Positions 26,165 to 40,135 of a DNA stretch of 63,546 bases are shown here, piece after piece (positions within the stretch are counted from its first letter, which is position 1; each line of letters starts with the position of its first letter). The stretch comes from Octopus bimaculoides. Its lineage: Eukaryota. The position numbers and the translations under genes are program-made. Under the pieces are notes generated by a model that saw only the letters and a list, made by a program, of their open reading frames with translations, searched no databases and was not told the origin of the DNA. The stretch spans positions 13,876,782-13,940,327 of the forward strand of contig NC_068997.1 in assembly GCF_001194135.2 (NCBI RefSeq), given 5' to 3'.

Positions 26165-26978
26165 CAGTAATCCCTCGACTATCGCGGATGTTATGTTCCA
26201 ACCCCTCCACCCATGATACATGAAAATCCACGAAAGTAGAATCAGTACTCTCTTTTACCGGTTTCAGTCATTTGACTGCGGCCATGCTGGAGCACCGCCT
26301 TTAGTCGAGCAAATCGAACCCAAAACTTATTCTTTGGAAGCCTAGTACTTTTTCTATCGCTCTCTTTTGCCGAACCGCTAAGTTACGGGGACGTAAACAC
26401 ACCAGCATCAGTTGTCAAGCGATGTTGGGGGGACAAACACAGACAAAAACATATACACACACATACATATATATATATACATATATACGACGGGCTTCTT
26501 TCAGTTTGCGTCTGACAAATCCACTCACAAGGCTTTGGTCGGCCCGTGGCTGTAGTAGAAGACACTTGCCGAAGGTGCCATGCAGTGGGAATGTACCCGG
26601 AACCATATGGTTGGTAAGCAAGCTACTTACCACACAGCCTTATTATTTTTATAATTTGTATACATTTATTCTATTATAAATGTAAAACAACACCACACAT
26701 TCGCCTCCTGAGTTTCATTTTCCATACAGTATGTGTGATTCTTTGTTTACTCATATACGGTACTGTATTTTTATTTATTAATTTATTAATTTTTAAGCGT
26801 GATAATGCTTATTTTACCACAGAAATAATTAAAATCTAAAAAAATATAATACCTATTGGCCCCAGAAACCCACGATATATTGAGGAGTATATGATATAAA
26901 TTTACATATATTAGCCAGAAAAATCCACGATGTGCTGAGGGTGTGATACGTGAACTACGATATGGTGACTGATTACTG
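26165..26978. mobile_element. Tigger/pogo-type non-autonomous DNA transposon carrying a nested SINE
   Basis: TA|CAGTAATCCCTCGACTATCGCGG ... TACGATATGGTGACTGATTACTG|TA: imperfect TIR (terminal CAGTAATC exact) with TA duplication. Confidence 0.8.
26246..26639 (-). mobile_element. SINE family A, near full-length young copy
   Basis: Reverse complement runs ggctgtgtggtaagtagcttgcttaccaacc...ccatgctggagcacc...tgactgaaacc..aaaagag. CpGs retained, internal (TA/CA) tract. Resembles the abundant octopod tRNA-derived SINEs; family name not verified. Confidence 0.92.
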
Positions 26979-27384
26979 TATTAGATAATTCAGATACCAT
27001 CATTATATGCTACATATCCTTTTTTGCAAGGGGTAAGTGGCAAATAAACACATTCATAATATATGCATATGCATGCGTATAAATGTGTGTATGTAAGGTC
27101 TGTATGACATTTAACTTGATATTACATGTAACTCAAATGTCACACACACATATATATATATAATCAACAAATGTGATGAAAATTTTCCTAACAAAAATCA
27201 TCAAATAACTTCTAATTGATCATTGGTATTGTAAATGAAAAGGTAAGTAATTAACAGCGTGAATTCCGATGAAGAAATTTAGCACTTTTATTCATCTACA
27301 TCACATAATTATAACAAACAAAGTTTGAATTCAAAAGCAGCAGTCTGTATGGTCTCTCAAGAATTAACAAGAATAAAATGATAT

Positions 27385-28520
27385 ATGATACAAAATATCA
27401 AAACTGACATTCACTTCAAGCCAGAAGACTCTAAACAATATTTGCTATTTATTTCTTGCTGCTCAAAACATAGCAAAATAAATATAACATTTAATCTAGC
27501 TACAAGAATATTGCAAAATTCATTTTTGAAATTCTGAAGCTCGAAGTAAAAGACTCCGAAAATTAAAACAAATGCTGCTTGAAAGACAGAACTAAACAAA
27601 AATTGATAATGGAAAAGGACGTGCCAAAGCAATACTCATGAATTACAAATTATAAAAACAATTCAGATACACAAAATAATTTACCTTACAACACAAGTGA
27701 AACAATAGAGAAACATACGGCAGTATTTATCAGAATATTCCGTCGTTTAAATAAAATCCAAAGAAATCAACTGAAATATGCAAAATAATAATATAGGCGC
27801 AGACGTGGCTATGTGGTAAGAAGCTTGCTTCCCAATCACATAGTTCCAAGTTCAGTCCCACTGTGTGGCACCTTTGGTAAGTGTTTTTTTTACTATAGCC
27901 TTGGATTTGGTAGACGGAAACTTAAAGAAGCCCATATATATATATGTATGTATGTCTATATCTATGTGTCTGTGTCTGACCCACTACTACTACCACCATT
28001 ACTTGACAACTGATGCTGGAGTGCTTATATCCCAGCAACTTAGTGGTTCAGCAAATGAGACTGATAAGTACTAGGTTTACAAAGAATAAGTCCTGGGGTC
28101 GGTTTCTTCAACTAAAACCCTTTAAGGTGGTGCTCCAGCATGGTCACAATCAAATGACTGAAACAAGTAAAAGAATAAAAGAATAATGAAAAAAGCAAGA
28201 AAAATCCTAAAAAATTACTTAACAGTGCCAAACTACGCAATACAAAACCAAGACTGATAGTGAAAAGTATAGTCACTCTGACTACTGAATCTACATCAAA
28301 CTTATAGGAGACATATTATAGAATTATATCAGGACATGTTCTTTGTAAGAAAAAAGACCCCACAAGTTTTTCAAGTTATCTTATTAAATGTAACAGTTGT
28401 CACAAAGACAGGACAAATGAAATTTACTTTGAGAAAAACAGACTAAATATTCATTGGGAAAATATGAGATTCTAATATCTTAATACCAAACAGATTCCAT
28501 TAAGTGAACATTTGAAGCAG
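27385..28520 (+). mobile_element. Penelope-like element remnant (RT C-terminus to GIY-YIG), split by a SINE insertion
   Basis: KTDIHFKPEDSKQYLLFISCCSKHSKINITFNLATRI matches PLE TDIYYKPTDS.QYL.F.SCHP.HTK.NIPF.LARRI. After the SINE: YLIKCNSC...RLNIH...QIPLSEHL (GIY-YIG region). Confidence 0.85.
27796..28186 (+). mobile_element. SINE family A, full-length
   Basis: ggcgcagacgtggctatgtggtaagaagcttgcttcccaatcacatagttccaagttcagtccc... to ...atgactgaaacaagtaaaagaataaaagaataa. Confidence 0.92.
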
Positions 28521-28774
28521 AGTGACAGGTTGTTTTAGTGAATCACTAAAATAACCTGTCCTTCTGCTTTGTCATGTTCAAACAAAGCCACAGATCAAAT
28601 ATGGGTAGAAAACAAAATAAAGAAAGAAAAAAGAAAATATGTTCGTTAAACATATGGAGTATGTCTGAATAAGCTGCAACCACATATTAAATGGTGACAT
28701 TACACTATAGCAGTTCCCATATACAGGCACAAATACGTAGGCAACCATATTCAAAGTTATTTTTCTTTATTTAG

Positions 28775-29167
28775 TTTTGTGGATGTTATCTTGGTGTGGA
28801 TATTATCACATGGCGCATTCACTGGATTAGCAAACCCTTGTGTTTTAAGACATCTATCGTCCATAGGGTCACATCACTTCGTATACAGACATAACACATT
28901 TGTTATCCATATTGTCACACAAAACAATCACTGCTCTAATTCAACCTTGACTTTTGGGGCAGCTATCATTCATACAGCCACATGATCCACTGGCATCATG
29001 AACTTTGAGAAACCAAATTGCACTTTGACCGATGGTCAATTAAATTACATCTCTATAAAAGAGCATATTGTTAAATTCGAATCAAACTTGACATAAATGC
29101 TGCATGACAACTGGACCTTCCATACCACTCTGCTTGAAGAAAATCATGAAGTTCTGAAACTGATCAG
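28775..29167 (+). pseudogene. 393-nt splice-bounded segment with one near-open frame (two in-frame stops); pseudo-exon, UTR exon or lncRNA exon
   Basis: ttttctttatttag| acceptor and atcag|gtaagg donor, length divisible by 3. The frame has only TGA (28983) and TAA (about 29095) across about 130 codons. Confidence 0.3.
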
Positions 29168-30821
29168 GTAAGGAAAATATAAAGAGAATTATTTCAAAAA
29201 CTCCAACTGTATATTTCAATCATTCTTTTTACCATATATTTTGTACTGTGTTTATGGAACCTTCTGGCTAATAAAGCAAGGATAATTCTTATATTTTCTA
29301 TTTCTTGAAATATGATTTATTTAACATTGTTGCAATTATTCATTTCGTTTTTTTTCCTTTCAATATTATCTTCTTCTTCATCATTATTATTATTGTTGTT
29401 GATGTTGTGGTTATTATTATTATTTTGTGTGTTACTTGTCTAATTTGTGAAATTAATTGGACATGTTTGTTTTATAAAAGTAGTGCTTAGAGTCAGATAG
29501 AAAAAAAACGTACTTATACTCACACATACATGCATAAAAGTGTGTGTGTGTAGATATATACATGTATTCATATGTATATAATTTTATTTTTTAATTGTGT
29601 TTTACATACGTGTACCTTGTTATATGGTAAAAGTAAGCCAGAACATCACATTATTAATTGGAGAAGAAGAGATGATGATGATGATGATGATGATGATGAA
29701 AATATTTTATTTGAAATATGTAAGAACCATAATCATCATTGAAGAGAAAAAAATTACCAGATGAAAATGACAAAAATGAAATAAATAAATTGTTAATAAA
29801 TACATAAATAAATGATTATAATTATCTAAATTTTTGGAATCAGAAATGGAAAAAAAAAATTTTTTCCTCTTCAAATTTGAAATGAAATAACAAAAGAAAA
29901 GAAAGAAAAATTTCTGTTCAGTAAATAAAAGAAAAAATAATCCAGAATGGAAAACTTTGAAAGTCTTATTAATCTGATAATAACATCAAGGTTCACTGAC
30001 AGAGCTAAAATATGAATTTATCTAATGTGTATTTTTCATTCTTTCAATATATAACATACAAATTATACCAAAGAATGAATTAAAATCTTCTGGCAGGAAA
30101 CTTCAACAGCCAATTATTTCTTCAAAATTTCCTTCTGACAGAAAGTGATTGAACTTCAACTACCAGTCTTTTTCTGGTGTATATATATATATATATATAT
30201 ATATATNNNNNNNNNNNNNNNNNNNNNNNNNNNNNNNNNNNNNNNNNNNNNNNNNNNNNNNNNNNNNNNNNNNNNNNNNNNNNNNNNNNNNNNNNNNNNN
30301 NNNNNNNNNNNNNNNNNNNNNNNNNNNNNNNNNNNNNNNNNNNNNNNNNNNNNNNNNNNNNNNNNNNNNNNNNNNNNNNNNNNNNNNNNNNNNNNNNNNN
30401 NNNNNNNNNNNNNNNNNNNNNNNNNNNNNNNNNNNNNNNNNNNNNNNNNNNNNNNNNNNNNNNNNNNNNNNNNNNNNNNNNNNNNNNNNNNNNNNNNNNN
30501 NNNNNNNNNNNNNNNNNNNNNNNNNNNNNNNNNNNNNNNNNNNNNNNNNNNNNNNNNNNNNNNNNNNNNNNNNNNNNNNNNNNNNNNNNNNNNNNNNNNN
30601 NNNNNNNNNNNNNNNNNNNNNNNNNNNNNNNNNNNNNNNNNNNNNNNNNNNNNNNNNNNNNNNNNNNNNNNNNNNNNNNNNNNNNNNNNNNNNNNNNNNN
30701 NNNNNNNNNNNNNNNNNNNNNNNNNNNNNNNNNNNNNNNNNNNNNNNNNNNNNNNNNNNNNNNNNNNNNNNNNNNNNNNNNNNNNNNNNNNNNNNNNNNN
30801 NNNNNNNNNNNNNNNNNNNNN

Positions 30822-31726
30822 CTCTCCCTCTTTCTCTTTTTCTCTCTCTCGTTGCTCACAATTGACCATCGTCCATCTTTCTTTTCCTCACGTAACCATC
30901 TTTTTTTCTTGCCCAGACGTTTAAACGAACGGACGTGTTTTTCTCGCTCTTGTAATCTTTTCTCTTAAAAAAAAAAGTTTCTCCCAGCATTCATTATTTT
31001 CCTCTCGTTCTGGTCTAACTACCCTCTATGTTTGTTTTCGTTCGGTTTCCTTGTATGTTCCCACTGTCATTTTTTTTTTGAGAGAGGTAGAGGAGAGAGA
31101 GCGGGGAGGGAGAAAAAGAGAGAGAAGAGGAGAGAGGAAGAGAAGCGAGAGAAGGGGAGGGAAGATGGAGAGAAGTGAAGGAGAAAGCTAGAAAGAAAGA
31201 TGTACAGCCAGACAAATAAAAGGAAAGATAAGCAAAGACAGAAATAGATCAGATAAATACATAGATAGATAAATGTCCTGTAATTATGGTGTAATCTTCG
31301 CAGTACGATTATCATTGTTAATGGCCATTTTAATTATAAACTGAGTGAATCGTTAGTCCATCAGACAAAATTGCTGGCAGTATTTCTTTGTGATTTTCGC
31401 ATTCTGAGTTCAAATTCTGCTGAAATCTCTTTGCCTTTCATCCTTACGGCGTCGACAAAATATATTCCAGTTGACTACTGGAGTTAATGTAATCAACTTA
31501 CCCACTTTCCCTCAAAATTACTGACCTACTGATAAAATTTGAAACCATTATTATTTTACCTTTGTATATTATGCATATATCTCTTCTTTCCCAGTGTATA
31601 TCATATATAACTTTTTTTTATTCATGATTTTATTATTATATGTAAACCCCCACACTTTATGTCTGTCTCTGTATTGTCCCCCTCGTCCATCGCCCTCGTG
31701 GCAAATAATTGAAGTCATTATTATTA

Positions 31727-31759
<33 letters not shown>

Positions 31760-32357
31760 GGAAACGAATGAACACCTGTACGAGACCGCTGTCGAGAAAT
31801 TGATTTTTAAATTAATTAATTTAGGAAAAGCTTTTGTTTATTTACTTTCTGTTCCAATGTTACGAACAGAATGCATATGAACTTTTGAGGGCTTTTGAAC
31901 AACGAACAGCCTGAATATAGTTACATGGTGAACTGAAAACAAACCACACTGCTTGAACGAGACAGTTGCTTATAGTTACTGTCAACGAACATATCTAAAG
32001 AGCAAGAGAAATACGAACTCACACAAACACACATACTCGCACAAAAAAAAGACCAGCATACTGATACACACACACACACATATATATATAACAACATAAA
32101 TAATATATAAATATATGCATATATCCATACATATATGTACATACCTACATCTATATGTATACATACATGCATATATGCGTACAGGACATCACAAAAAAAC
32201 GTTAAACACAATGAGAAACGAAAACATAAAGACGAAGACAGAAAACGAACTTTTATTCGAACAACGAAAAAAAAAACAAAGAGAGAAACGAGACATGCAA
32301 CATAAAGAATATTTCCCTTCTTCAGTTGTCCCTGTTCCATCTACTCCACGTTTCGAA

Positions 32358-32410
<53 letters not shown>

Positions 32411-32530
32411 TATACATATATATACATATATATATATACGAAACTTCGTTGGAACAGTTGTTCCTGCAAAAAGCGACGTCTTTAGTTTCACTCAAGTAAT
32501 TTCATCTTCAAAATTCACAAGATATTGGTT
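30822..32530. promoter_or_regulatory. CpG-retaining, pyrimidine/purine-skewed region; candidate promoter or first-exon region
   Basis: Visible rise in CG dinucleotides (acg, tcg, cgt) with CT- and GA-rich tracts, relative to 19-30 kb. Not computed. Confidence 0.3.
31370..31530 (+). mobile_element. SINE family C, degenerate
   Basis: cattctgagttcaaattctgctgaaatctctttgcctttcatcc... aligns with the copies at 51083-51517. Confidence 0.7.
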
Positions 32531-32569
32531 GACTCATAGCTGCAGTAAAGAATGGTATCTAACAGTATA

Positions 32570-32636
32570 GGATGCTGGGACCGAACCAAGGGTCATGTGG
32601 TTCAACAGTGCACTTCTTAAACACATAGCCACGCAA
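32570..32636 (-). mobile_element. SINE family A head fragment
   Basis: ctgggaccgaaccaagggtcatgtggtt...cacatagccacgc resembles the reverse complement of the head. Confidence 0.55.
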
Positions 32637-33090
32637 CTGATATAAAGAATACTTCCACCGACCAATTTCCACTCACAAAGCAGAGGTTAACTTGGTTTAC
32701 TAGGTCATAACCAATGTTTACTATTGCAGCATGGTAAGACCAATGCATAAACATTTTTTTTTCATATTCAATTACCATCTGTATTATAACACACAACTGT
32801 CTTACAGAAATTGTTTACTTTGATGTCGGACTTACTGGTTGACTTTCTGAAAACAATTGAAAGGATTTAGGATTTCAAAATAACTGGGGCTCCTTAGAAA
32901 AGAGAAGATAGCAAAATGATTATTTACCGTGAAAATAGACTATAATTGCTAGTAACTCACCTCTGTTCATATTTACTTTCATTTTGAATATTGGTATTAT
33001 TTATTTTTATTTTGAAATTTTTACATTAATTTTTAAATATATATTACTGAGAGCTAAAGAAAAATATATTTATAAAAAAAAGTAAAGAAC

Positions 33091-33121
<31 letters not shown>

Positions 33122-34943
33122 NNNNNNNNNNNNNNNNNNNNNNNNNNNNNNNNNNNNNNNNNNNNNNNNNNNNNNNNNNNNNNNNNNNNNNNNNNNNNNN
33201 NNNNNNNNNNNNNNNNNNNNNNNNNNNNNNNNNNNNNNNNNNNNNNNNNNNNNNNNNNNNNNNNNNNNNNNNNNNNNNNNNNNNNNNNNNNNNNNNNNNN
33301 NNNNNNNNNNNNNNNNNNNNNNNNNNNNNNNNNNNNNNNNNNNNNNNNNNNNNNNNNNNNNNNNNNNNNNNNNNNNNNNNNNNNNNNNNNNNNNNNNNNN
33401 NNNNNNNNNNNNNNNNNNNNNNNNNNNNNNNNNNNNNNNNNNNNNNNNNNNNNNNNNNNNNNNNNNNNNNNNNNNNNNNNNNNNNNNNNNNNNNNNNNNN
33501 NNNNNNNNNNNNNNNNNNNNNNNNNNNNNNNNNNNNNNNNNNNNNNNNNNNNNNNNNNNNNNNNNNNNNNNNNNNNNNNNNNNNNNNNNNNNNNNNNNNN
33601 NNNNNNNNNNNNNNNNNNNNNNNNNNNNNNNNNNNNNNNNNNNNNNNNNNNNNNNNNNNNNNNNNNNNNNNNNNNNNNNNNNNNNNNNNNNNNNNNNNNN
33701 NNNNNNNNNNNNNNNNNNNNNNNNNNNNNNNNNNNNNNNNNNNNNNNNNNNNNNNNNNNNNNNNNNNNNNNNNNNNNNNNNNNNNNNNNNNNNNNNNNNN
33801 NNNNNNNNNNNNNNNNNNNNNNNNNNNNNNNNNNNNNNNNNNNNNNNNNNNNNNNNNNNNNNNNNNNNNNNNNNNNNNNNNNNNNNNNNNNNNNNNNNNN
33901 NNNNNNNNNNNNNNNNNNNNNNNNNNNNNNNNNNNNNNNNNNNNNNNNNNNNCAGTAGCATTAGCAGGAAGGAGAAAAAAATGCATCCCCACCCACTGTT
34001 GCCTCCTCCCTCCCACACACGTACACATACACATATCTTTAAAAAGAAAGAAAAATTACAAAAGTAACAGAAACTGAACTCCAGCTAAACAAAATTGATG
34101 ACAATAATGAGAAGAGTGGAATTGAGGGAAAAGAATTATAATTTCTAACGTGAATTATAAACCAATGTAAAGCAATTCCAAGAGGTAATTTGAAAAAACT
34201 AAAATTCTATTATCACAGAAATGTCTTGTTAGAAGAAAAAAGAAGAAGAAAAAGAAGAAACCAGAAAGCATGACAGAGAGGGAGATACAAAGACAGAGAG
34301 ACATATGGAAATAGAGTGTGAGAGGAAAATCAAGAATATACATAGACACATGTATACATATATACATACATATATATATATATATGTATAGATATATGCA
34401 TATATATAGATATGTATATACGTATACACACACACACATATGTATATATACGTATATGCACATACATGCACACAAACGCACATATATATATATGAAACTG
34501 AAAGTAGAATGATTGCTTATATGGTAGAGAAAATAAAAATAATTGGCTTGGATATATAAGCATTCTGAATATGTGCCAGGTTAGAGTAAAAAGAAAGAAA
34601 ATTGACTGAAACCAAAGTTAATTGGCACACAACTAGTTAAACAACAGCATGCAAGATTTTCAGGATGTTTTATTGATTTTTTGTGTGTCTTTGCTTACTT
34701 AGTTACTTTTGTATTTGATTTTTATTTGGTTAACTTTTGTATTTTATGTTTCACTTTATTTTTTGTATTTATTCCTTATAGTTAATATGTGTACTTCATT
34801 TTTCACGTTCGAATGTTCTATGCATGCATATTCTTGTTATGGTGTTTCATATACATGCAAGAATATATACACACATACATATGAGTATATACATATGCAC
34901 ATACATATATACATCTACATATGACTCTACACACATTTATATA

Positions 34944-34993
<50 letters not shown>

Positions 34994-35567
34994 CATATGT
35001 ATGTGTGTGAAGTATGTGGTGTATTAATATTTTTATAGGTATAGAGAAATGAGATAGATGGATGAATGAGTGGACATATAGATACATGGAAAGATGTGTG
35101 AATTGAAGAATTGGCTGATTTGATGGCTGGATAGTGGAATGTCTGTATAGATGGATTGACAGATGGTTTGATAGATAAATAGAGAGATGGAGAGAAGTGT
35201 ATAAAGATTCAAGATGCCATGTTCTAGTATACAATTGTGTGCATTTGTTCCTAAATATATATACACTTAAGTACACAAGTTTGCAAATGAGAATGCATAT
35301 TTTACTCACAGACGTATGTACTTGACTGTAGGATGTATGAAAGTGTCTACACAAACCAGTTGTCTCATTTTGTAATCGTCTTTGAAAAATTCTGAGAGAA
35401 ATTTTCATAAAGTCACTTTAAGTGTTGCACTTCACATTGAGTCTGAGATGAACATGAGTTTCTGCCTTACATTATTCTTTCCTTCTACCCTTCTTTCTCT
35501 GTCACATGTATGTGTGTGTACACACTCACACATATATATTTGTATATACCATATAATTTCATATATA

Positions 35568-35602
<35 letters not shown>

Positions 35603-35672
35603 GTGTATGTATATACACATACATATGTATAACATATAATATATATATGTTTGTATTCATGTATACTATAAC

Positions 35673-35716
<44 letters not shown>

Positions 35717-35726
35717 NNNNNNNNNN

Positions 35727-35767
<41 letters not shown>

Positions 35768-36137
35768 GCACTCATACTGAAATACATAGATAAATGTCTA
35801 ACTATAAAATATAGAAGAACATGTGTATACATATATGTTATTTACTGAAGATCCCCATGTTCAGTGCCCGTATTTCTAATGTTGTGATAGGAATTTTCAT
35901 GCCTATATACAATTGAAAATATCTGTGTCTAAATATTTCTTCATCTGTAGATGGGGAAAAATCACTGAAAATTAATGGATGGTGTGATATGTAGATAGAC
36001 AGAGTAAGACAGTAATTCAGAATAAGAGAAAACAAAATGAATGTTCTAGAAAGTGGAGTGGAGAACGAGTAAGACAAAATAACATCTTAATAAGATTGTA
36101 ATAACAGCTTGAGAAATATATATATATATATATATAT

Positions 36138-36200
<63 letters not shown>

Positions 36201-36351
36201 CATATATGGGTATATAAGATGATTGTTTTAGCAGCCATCTATATATATTTAAACCCACCAACCCTACCCATATACAAAATCATTTGCTTTCTCAACCACC
36301 CATGTAAAGCTCCATAATTGTGTGTGCATATAAGTATATATATATTTGTAT

Positions 36352-36402
<51 letters not shown>

Positions 36403-36783
36403 ATATATATATGGATATATACACATATGCACACTCATACATGATATGCGTGAATGTACATATCCACACATTAATCAAGCATGCCAAGTCACATCAAAAT
36501 TGTCTTTAATTCAACTTTTGTTTATTTTCTTTACGATATTTCCTATTAAACAAGTGGTGTGTTTGTATATGTGTATGCGTGTGTGTGTATGTGTGTGTGT
36601 AATGAGATAGAGAGGAAGAAAGGCTGTATATGAGAAACAAAGAGAGCATGAGCCAGAAAAAGAGGAAGGACAAGGATACAAAGAGGAACAAATTTCATTT
36701 TGCTAACAGTGAAAGGAAAACGACAGTTTAGCTCATGAAGATTTCTTTCTGGCATATAGTCGCGACATAATGTGAATAAACGA

Positions 36784-36839
<56 letters not shown>

Positions 36840-37792
36840 GTTAAATTGAAATTATTATTTTAAAGCTAGTTTAAGAACATCAACAGAACATTCACTGATG
36901 TGGTGACTCAATCCTAAAAGAACCGTCATGTTTATTAGAATCTCCTGTTGACTGTGACTTCAAGTCTGGCTGAATAAACCAATAAGCGAAACATTATGTC
37001 CCAGTCGACATGAAAATTATAAGATATATATGAGACGGGAGTCTGACTGTTATGTATGCAAGTACGTATGTATATACGTACGTATGTATATACGTACGAA
37101 TGTATGTGTATGCATATTTAAATAAACACTTGAAAGTGAACGAAAAGGCGGAAAATAAAAACCTAATACAGAAAGTAATATTATACATGTAATTCGAAGC
37201 AGAAACTTTAGAAAGCGCAACTCTGATTTTCTTATTTCTGGTCATTGGGTGTTTATTCTAAATAATATAACGAGATTTGATTAGATAAAACAGCTTAAAC
37301 ACAAGGGTTTTGTTTGTTGCTCATATAGTCGTTATTTGAAGAAAACGAGAGATAGAAGAAGGGTGACATTTACCAGTAAGAGAAATAATATATAAACATA
37401 AGAATATAAAACCTTTAGACAATACCAGATGTGAAAAATTAAATTCGTTGCGGTTATGTAAAAAAAAAAAAGTAATAAATCTCCAGCTCTTGAACGCATC
37501 CAAGTCGAAAAAACTAATCATAAATCTCTTTAAATAGAATCCAAAATGACGGTTAAAATATCCATAATTCTAAAAATGTTTGGAAGTATGATGCGTAATG
37601 GTACATGACTACAAGTAAATATTTTGAAATATATCTACAAACTTTCAGTGTGTCGAATTTTTCATTTGAATCACGTATGTCTTGAAATACATGAGATATA
37701 TTTACAATAAAATAAAATTCACCAATCAAATTTGTTTGAAAGCTACTGTGTACATAGAGTTAAGCATATGCAAAAGCATTATTTGGTATTAA

Positions 37793-38176
37793 ATGCTATC
37801 ACTCTTTAAAGGCACACAGGGGCTTAAGCAGACAGTAAGTTTGGTTTTAAGATATGGAAAATCTCCCAACAACTGGGACCATTTGAAACAAATATTTTCA
37901 ATCGTACAAGAGAAGAGAAAAATTTGGAAATTTACAACAGCTTTATAACCTAAAATATTACATCCTTGCAGCATTCCAAGTAAATCCATGCATTGTCCAA
38001 CAACACAAAAGAATATTTATGTTATAGGCAGAAACACATATAACAGACAATTATTTCATAAAATTGCTAACATTTCCGAAAGCCCAGATGCCAATACAAG
38101 CAAATCTATATTCATAGAAACAAAAGAAATCACAAATACGCTAACTAGAACCATACACAACATATATTGCCTTTAG
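37793..38176 (+). mobile_element. Near-open 128-codon frame, probable Penelope-like RT thumb remnant
   Basis: One internal stop. VQEKRKIWKF...SIPSK.MH....GRNT resembles the PLE YDKR..F.F...S.IP...Q..R..R pattern. Confidence 0.4.
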
Positions 38177-38747
38177 AGTTCATAAACGTAAATTTTTTAG
38201 TAATTTGTATTTCTAGAAATAAAATTTTTTAGTTAATCCTATAAAAAATTCCGTTGGGAATAATTAACAAGCTAATTCTAGATTCTCCTAAATAGAATGA
38301 AAATTTAATAACCTTCCTTTCATGGAACAGTAGTATTTTAATAGTGGAATGAATTAATTATATTAATGAATATAACATTGTAAAGTTAATCAGTTTGATA
38401 CAGCAAAATTATATCTTTCCCTAAACGAAGTTCTTAAAGATTTTACTCTCGCCAATATCACATAAAAAAAAAAAGGTTTGATAGTAAGATAGTTATGCGT
38501 GCAAGGGATTCTCCCTTATCTGATGACACAGTCTAGGTACTGGAAATCAAGAGACACATTGTTTGATATTTAAGGACTTGATAAGACAGAATTATACGAA
38601 AATTTCGGAAACTGTATTTAAAGCTTTTTGCATATTTTTCCAGTCAGAGAGGTCTCTACAGACAACGATCTTTCATTGAGCCCTAGGAAAATGATTAGTC
38701 ATAAAATTAGATAAATTTTGAAAAGATTCTATAAAATTACCTATTTA

Positions 38748-38963
38748 TTCTTTTACACGTTTCAATCATTTGACTGAGGCCATGCTGGAGCACCACTTTA
38801 AAGGTCTTTTTAGTCGAATAAATTAGTACTTATTCTATCGTTCTCTTTTGCCGAACCTCTAAGTTACGGGGACATAAAGGCACCATCATCGGTTGTCAAG
38901 CAATGGTGGGAGGACAAATACAGACACACACTCACACGCACACATAAATACGTATATACATAA

Positions 38964-39005
<42 letters not shown>

Positions 39006-39042
39006 CACCTGTCTTCGTCTGTTGTTTTTTTCGTAAATTCTC

Positions 39043-39078
<36 letters not shown>

Positions 39079-39230
39079 GACGAGCTTCGTTCAGTTTCCG
39101 TCTACCAAATTCACTCACAAGGCTTAGTCGGCCTGAGGGTATAGTAGAAGATACTTGCCCAAGGTTCCATGCAGTGGTACTGAACTGTGCCTGGGAAGCA
39201 AACTTTTTACCACACAGCCACGCTTACGCC
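38748..39230 (-). mobile_element. SINE family A, full-length with expanded internal (TA)n
   Basis: tcatttgactgaggccatgctggagcacc ... ttaccacacagccacgcttacgcc. Confidence 0.9.
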
Positions 39231-39689
39231 TTGGTGAAATAAGTTTATGAATTTAAGTTGGTATTGATTTTTGTATGACTTTTCTTTTTTAAATCCTCGT
39301 ATAAATATATTTTTAGCTACAGTCTCAACCTTTTAGATGCAAATAGATTTTGCCATTAATGAAAGTTAATGAAAGATTATTTTATATCAATAACAAATCT
39401 AATCACCCGCTCAATGCCCTATAAATTGGATCCCTAATAGCAATCGTTTAGTAATACGTATTATTTTAATGAGAGCATCATAACATCGTTTTCTTTTTCC
39501 AGATAAGCCAGAACACAAAATCCAATCTAATGTTCCCATGAATAAGAATATATCAAGATATATTTCGTGATTTAATTCATGTGAATGGAGGATTACTGTA
39601 TAATGGACCCTTTAAGTTTTTTCTATTTTTATAATGAGTTCTGAGCGAATCAGTTGCAATCGCAGAAGTCATGAAAGTTCTAATCAAGT

Positions 39690-40135
39690 AAAGGAAATGT
39701 TTTAGAGCTGGAAGAAAAATTAGCAATAATTAATACGCATGAAATTAGCACAGCGATGCTTTTGGCAAATTAACTGTGCGTAATATTATTGAGGAGGCAA
39801 ATGCTTATAAAAAATAAACGAATAAGACGAAGACTTGCGTCATTATCAAATTTCAAAACAAGAAAGAAAAGCGCCGTAATTATTGTAGTGGAAAGTATTT
39901 TGTCAATTTTGAGCGAAGATTGCAATCAAAACGGAATTCCTTTAAGCCAAATGCAGATCAAAATAATAGCTATCAAAGTTTGTTTCCAACAGTCTAAATG
40001 AAACGGAAAGAAAACGCAACTGATTGGACGAAACAAAAGTAATATTTTGTGGAAGTTCTGGATCATCCGACAGATTCGGTAAAAAGTAAAAGGAATTTCC
40101 AACGTTAGGGTTGTAGGAGAAAATGCAAATGCGAT
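39690..40135 (+). mobile_element. Tigger/pogo transposase 5' remnant (CENP-B-type HTH region)
   Basis: VESILSILSEDCNQNGIPLSQMQIK (Tigger: MEKLL.VWIEDCNQK.IPLSQ..IQ), then FCGSSGSSDRF and SNVRVVGENANA (Tigger: F.AS.GWF.RF..HNVK..GEAASAD). Confidence 0.85.

Noticed and set aside
28778-28815. VDVILVWILSHG resembles the caspase D..V.ILSHG catalytic-His motif
   Set aside because: No PK.F..QACRG motif follows at the expected distance in any frame; probably chance.
32451-32464. Perfect small palindrome GGAACA-GT-TGTTCC
   Set aside because: The spacer is 2 nt rather than the 3 nt of steroid-receptor elements, and a single 6-bp inverted repeat is expected by chance.
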